A stretch of DNA of 64,000 nucleotides, from positions 1,568,001-1,632,000 of the forward strand of contig OZ251539.1 of assembly GCA_965243135.1 (NCBI GenBank). The letters are read 5' to 3'. The position numbers and the translations under genes were made by a program. The notes under the pieces were generated by a model. That model did no database searches. It worked only from the letters and a program-made list of their open reading frames with translations, and was not told the origin of the DNA. Source of the DNA: Alphaproteobacteria bacterium. GTDB taxonomy: Bacteria; Pseudomonadota; Alphaproteobacteria; MPNO01; UBA830. Shown piece by piece: positions 60,320-64,000 of the stretch (positions within the stretch are counted from its first letter, which is position 1; each line of letters begins with the position of its first letter).

Positions 60320-60409
60320 TGGCGGATGGGGTGGGATTCGAACCCACGAGGCGCTCGCGCGCCTGCTGGTTTTCAAGACCAGTGCCTTAAACCGCTCGGC
60401 CACCCATCC
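60320..60409 (-). tRNA. tRNA-Ser (anticodon TGA)
   Basis: Reverse complement GGATGGGTGGCCGAGCGGTTTAAGGCACTGGTCTTGAAAACCAG...GTGGGTTCGAATCCCACCCCATCCGCCA; long variable arm and encoded CCA. Confidence 0.97.
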
Positions 60410-60646
60410 ACGGCGCATTCTTCAATACAGGATAGTCGCGGAGCCCGCCACCGAATTCGCGCCCCGAGGCGTTTGCGGTCACGCGCCCCGCCGCCTCGCG
60501 TTCAGTCCTGTAGAGCCAGCTTCCGGCGGTTAGGGCGACCCCCGCGGCGGCGGGCGAAACAGGTCCCGCGCAAAGCTTCTCGCCAGCTTTATTTTCGCTT
60601 CGATAACGGCCATAAACCCGCCGGAAGCGGCCAGAGGGAGGCGCGA

Positions 60647-61513
60647 GTGGAACAGGCGGTCAGTTTCGAGTCGGACAATCTAACCCTGTCGGGAATCGTG
60701 AACACCCCGGCCAAGCCGGGCGAAAGGCGTCCCGCGATCATCGCGCTGCACGGCTTCGGGAGCAACAAGCAGAGCGCCAACAGCATGTGGCCGGCGCGCG
60801 CATTCGCCGAATGGGGCTACGTAACGCTGCGGTTCGACATGCGAGGTTGCGGCGAGAGCGAGGGCGAGAAAAATCGCCTCATCTGCCTCGAACAGGTCGA
60901 GGACACGAAGAACGCGATCACCATGATGCAGGGCAGGGACGACGTCGACCCCGACCGCATAGCGCTCATCGGTTCGAGCTTCGGCGCCGCCGTTGCGGTT
61001 TATGCCGCCGGCGTCGACAAACGCGTGGCGGCTGCCGTCTCCTCCGGCGGCTGGGGCAACGGGGAGCGGAAGTTTCGCGGCCAGCACCAGGGCGAAGAAG
61101 CCTGGCGCAGGTTCACTGACATGCTCGACCGTGGACGCCGCCATCGGGAAACCACCGGGGAATCGTTGATGGTGCCGCGTTACGACATCGTGCCCATTCC
61201 AGAGCATCTGCGGAACAATCTGGCTCCGGGTTCCATCATGATGTTTCCTGCGGAAACGGCGCAAAGCATGTTCGATTTCACGGCGGAGAACGTGGTCGGC
61301 GACATTGCGCCCCGGCCGCTGCTGCTGTTGCACAGCGCCCAGGACTCGGTCACCCCGACCGAACAGTCGGTGGAAATGTTCAGGCGGGCGGGCCGCCCCG
61401 CCGATCTTCACCTCTTGGCCGACGTCGATCATTTCATGTTCGGCGAAGGCAACAAGCGCGTGATTTCGATCCTGCGCGACTGGCTCGACAAGTATTTCCC
61501 GCCGCCGTCCTGA
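60647..61513 (+). CDS. Alpha/beta hydrolase
   Basis: LHGFG, FDMRGCGESEG, GSSFG nucleophile, D..H triad; GTG after GGAGG. Confidence 0.88.
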   Translation: MEQAVSFESDNLTLSGIVNTPAKPGERRPAIIALHGFGSNKQSANSMWPARAFAEWGYVTLRFDMRGCGESEGEKNRLICLEQVEDTKNAITMMQGRDDVDPDRIALIGSSFGAAVAVYAAGVDKRVAAAVSSGGWGNGERKFRGQHQGEEAWRRFTDMLDRGRRHRETTGESLMVPRYDIVPIPEHLRNNLAPGSIMMFPAETAQSMFDFTAENVVGDIAPRPLLLLHSAQDSVTPTEQSVEMFRRAGRPADLHLLADVDHFMFGEGNKRVISILRDWLDKYFPPPS

Positions 61514-61567
61514 TCCTTCGGCAGTACCCGCCGCTCTCTTCGTTCGTTCCCGTCATTGGAGGCCGAT

Positions 61568-63583
61568 GTGCCGGATTCTGGCTATCCCCATCTCTTCGAA
61601 CCGCTCGATCTGGGCTTTCTGACGCTGAAGAACCGCGTTTTCATGGCCTCGATGCATATGAGATTCGAACTGATGGGGCGGGCCGAGGAACGGGCCGCCG
61701 CGTTCTACGCCGAGAGGGCGAAGGGCGGAGCGGCCTTGATCGTCACCGGAGGCTACGCCCCCAATCCGGCCGGAGTGATGGACGAAGGCGCGCATTACCT
61801 GAACTCGCCGGAACAGGTCCCGGCGCAAACGGTCATACCGGACGCGGTTCACGCCGCGGGCGGCAGGATCGCGCTGCAGATCCTGCATGCGGGGCGCTAC
61901 GCCAAGGTCGAGAATCCGGTCGGGCCGTCGGGCCTGCCGTCGCCGATCAATCCGCGCGAGGTGAGGGCGCTCGCCGCCGAGGAAGTCGAACGGACCGTGG
62001 AGGACTACGTCAACTGCGCCGCGCTGGCGCGGGACGCGGGTTTCGACGGGGTCGAGATCATGGGATCCGAGGGCTATCTGATCACCACGTTCTGCGCGCC
62101 CCGGACCAACGACCGGACGGACGAGTGGGGCGGCTCGTTCGAAAACCGCATCCGTTTTCCGGTGGAAATCGTGCGGCGGACGCGGAAGCGTCTCGGCCCG
62201 GAATTCCTCATCCTTTACAGGATCTCGGCGCTCGACCTGGTGGAGGGCGGTCTTACCGGTTCCGAAACCGAAGAACTCGCGCGCGAAATCGAGAGGGCGG
62301 GGGCCGACGTTCTGACCACGGGAATCGGCTGGCACGAAGCGCGCGTTCCGACGATCGCGCATATGGTGCCGCGAGCCGGGTGGCGCCACGCCGCGCGCCG
62401 GATAAAGCGGGCGGTCGGCATACCCGTCGCGGCGACCAACCGCATCACCACTCCGGAAGTGGCGGAAGCGGTGATTGCCGGCGGAGACGCCGACATCGTG
62501 GCGCTCGGGCGCCAGATGCTGGCGGATCCCCACTTCGCCGCGAAGGCGAAGGCGGGAAAGGCGGCGGCGATCAATACCTGCATCGGGTGCAATCAAGCCT
62601 GTCTGGACTACATATTCGCGGACAGGGCGTCCACCTGTCTCGTCAATCCGTTCGCCGGCCGCGAACTCGATCTGGCGATCCGGCCGGCCGAGAAGCCGCT
62701 CGAACTGGCGGTCGTCGGCGCGGGACCGGCCGGAATGTCGGCGGCGCTGACCGCTGCGGAACGCGGACACAGGGTCACGCTGTTCGAGGCGGCGCCGGAA
62801 ATCGGCGGCCAGTTCAATCTGGCGAAGATGGTTCCCGGCAAGGAAGACTTCGCGGACTCGATCAGATACTTCGCGACGCGCCTGGCGGAGGAGGGCGCGG
62901 ACGTACGAACCGGCGTCGCGGCGTCGGCGCAGGCGCTCGAGGGCTTCGACCACGTAATCGTCGCGACGGGCGTAACGCCGAGAAAACTGGATATCGAAGG
63001 CGCCGACCGCGACAACGTCGTGTCGTACGTCGACGCGTTGTCGGGCCGCGCGCGGCTGGGAGACCGGGTGGCGATCGTCGGATCGGGCGGAATCGGTTTC
63101 GACATGGCCGTTTTTCTCGCTTCTCCGCCCGGGCCGACCCGGATCGACGAGTTTCTGGATCGGTGGGGCGTCGATGTCGCTCACGAAACGCCGGGAGGCG
63201 TCGGAAAGCCGTCGCCCGGCGTTTCCAGGCGCTCCGTCGTGATGTTGCAGCGGTCGACCGCCCGACCGGGAAGCACCCTCGGCCTGACCACCGGTTGGGC
63301 GCTGCGCGCGGAATTGCGGTCCTTGGGGGTGAAGAATCTCGCGGGCGTCGCTTATCGGAAAATCGACGATCATGGGCTGCATGTCGCCATCGACGGGGAA
63401 GACCGCCTTGTCGAAGCCGACAGCGTCGTCGTATGCGCCGGCCAGGAAGAGAAGCGCGGACTGTACGAGCAACTTCGCGAAATGGGCGTGCCGACCACGG
63501 TTATCGGCGGCGCCGCAGAAGCCGCGGGGCTGGACGCGCTGAAGGCTATTCGGCAAGGAACGGAAACCGCGCTCGCCATCTGA
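61568..63583 (+). CDS. fadH: 2,4-dienoyl-CoA reductase (NADPH)
   Basis: GSEGYL, GIGWHEARVPTI, CIGCNQACLD...CLVNP, GAGPAG, GGIGFD. Confidence 0.93.
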   Translation: MPDSGYPHLFEPLDLGFLTLKNRVFMASMHMRFELMGRAEERAAAFYAERAKGGAALIVTGGYAPNPAGVMDEGAHYLNSPEQVPAQTVIPDAVHAAGGRIALQILHAGRYAKVENPVGPSGLPSPINPREVRALAAEEVERTVEDYVNCAALARDAGFDGVEIMGSEGYLITTFCAPRTNDRTDEWGGSFENRIRFPVEIVRRTRKRLGPEFLILYRISALDLVEGGLTGSETEELAREIERAGADVLTTGIGWHEARVPTIAHMVPRAGWRHAARRIKRAVGIPVAATNRITTPEVAEAVIAGGDADIVALGRQMLADPHFAAKAKAGKAAAINTCIGCNQACLDYIFADRASTCLVNPFAGRELDLAIRPAEKPLELAVVGAGPAGMSAALTAAERGHRVTLFEAAPEIGGQFNLAKMVPGKEDFADSIRYFATRLAEEGADVRTGVAASAQALEGFDHVIVATGVTPRKLDIEGADRDNVVSYVDALSGRARLGDRVAIVGSGGIGFDMAVFLASPPGPTRIDEFLDRWGVDVAHETPGGVGKPSPGVSRRSVVMLQRSTARPGSTLGLTTGWALRAELRSLGVKNLAGVAYRKIDDHGLHVAIDGEDRLVEADSVVVCAGQEEKRGLYEQLREMGVPTTVIGGAAEAAGLDALKAIRQGTETALAI

Positions 63584-63800
63584 CGCGGCGCGAACTCGGG
63601 AATTCAGAAGCAGACCCGCCCGTCAGGCGGTCGCAGTCGTTTCGAGGCGCCTGCTCGGCGATGAGCGCCGCGGCTGCGATGGCCGCGTCGCCGCCTCCGT
63701 TCTCCACGCCGTCGCCGCGTTCGGTTCGGGCCTCGCGCCGTTCCGCGTTCTTTGCGCCCGAAAAATCCGCTCCGGCGACGCGCGGACTCATGCCTGCGCT

Positions 63801-64000
63801 TTACCGGCGAAACCTTAAAGCCAGTTGGTCATTCGAGGCTCGGCCGGCAAGTTGCAGAATCAGGTCGAAGGCTTTCAGTACTGAGGCCCGCCTGACGGCC
63901 GCTCGATCGCCGGGGAAACTGCAGCATTCGTGGACGCTATCGCCGTTCTTGGCGGCGGCTGCCACGTGGACCAGGCCCGCCGGTTTGGATTCGCTCGCGC
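63801..64000 (-). CDS. 3' end of a CinA/PncC (NMN deamidase) family gene
   Basis: Hand translation ASESKPAGLVHVAAA...FPGDRAAVRRASVLKAFDLI...stop at 63801; matches the CinA C-terminal KPVG.V..A / GDR..VR pattern. Confidence 0.75.
   Translation of the reverse strand, partial: ASESKPAGLVHVAAAAKNGDSVHECCSFPGDRAAVRRASVLKAFDLILQLAGRASNDQLALRFRR

Noticed and set aside
60320-60409. tRNA-Ser as an island attachment site
   Set aside because: No integrase, and only 9-10 nt matches to its 3' end elsewhere (about 5294 and 15650), which is chance level.
1-64000. CRISPR arrays, rRNA, transposases, prophage genes, riboswitches
   Set aside because: No regularly spaced repeats or recognisable signatures seen by eye; a covariance-model scan was not possible.

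Overview
GC-rich bacterial chromosomal segment, most likely from an alphaproteobacterium (short-type proS-lolE-lolD and mfd-sdhE-recG synteny). From left to right it holds: (i) two AAA-ATPase-like/PD-(D/E)XK paralogues, one with a degenerate Walker B and one frameshifted, flanking a sulfatase and TctA/TctB-like transporter genes; (ii) three tandem UbiD-family (de)carboxylases, with a 75-bp MITE-like insertion just before the first start codon and a decayed SDR gene between the second and third; (iii) a visibly AT-richer island at about 15.5-20.75 kb encoding a Hachiman-like nuclease plus Ski2-like helicase pair, a second PD-(D/E)XK nuclease and a coupled small ORF; (iv) a 12-gene catabolic cluster (FMN hydroxy-acid dehydrogenase, ThDP enzyme, ABC importer, Rieske ferredoxin, small protein, amidohydrolase-fold putative dinuclear oxygenase, MetE-like, PrpD-like and PEP-mutase-like proteins); (v) prpDBC, housekeeping genes, a CyaC-like cyclase, accessory enzymes, tRNA-Ser(TGA), fadH and the 3' end of a CinA/PncC gene. 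All calls come from reading motifs by eye. No searches or GC calculations were run.
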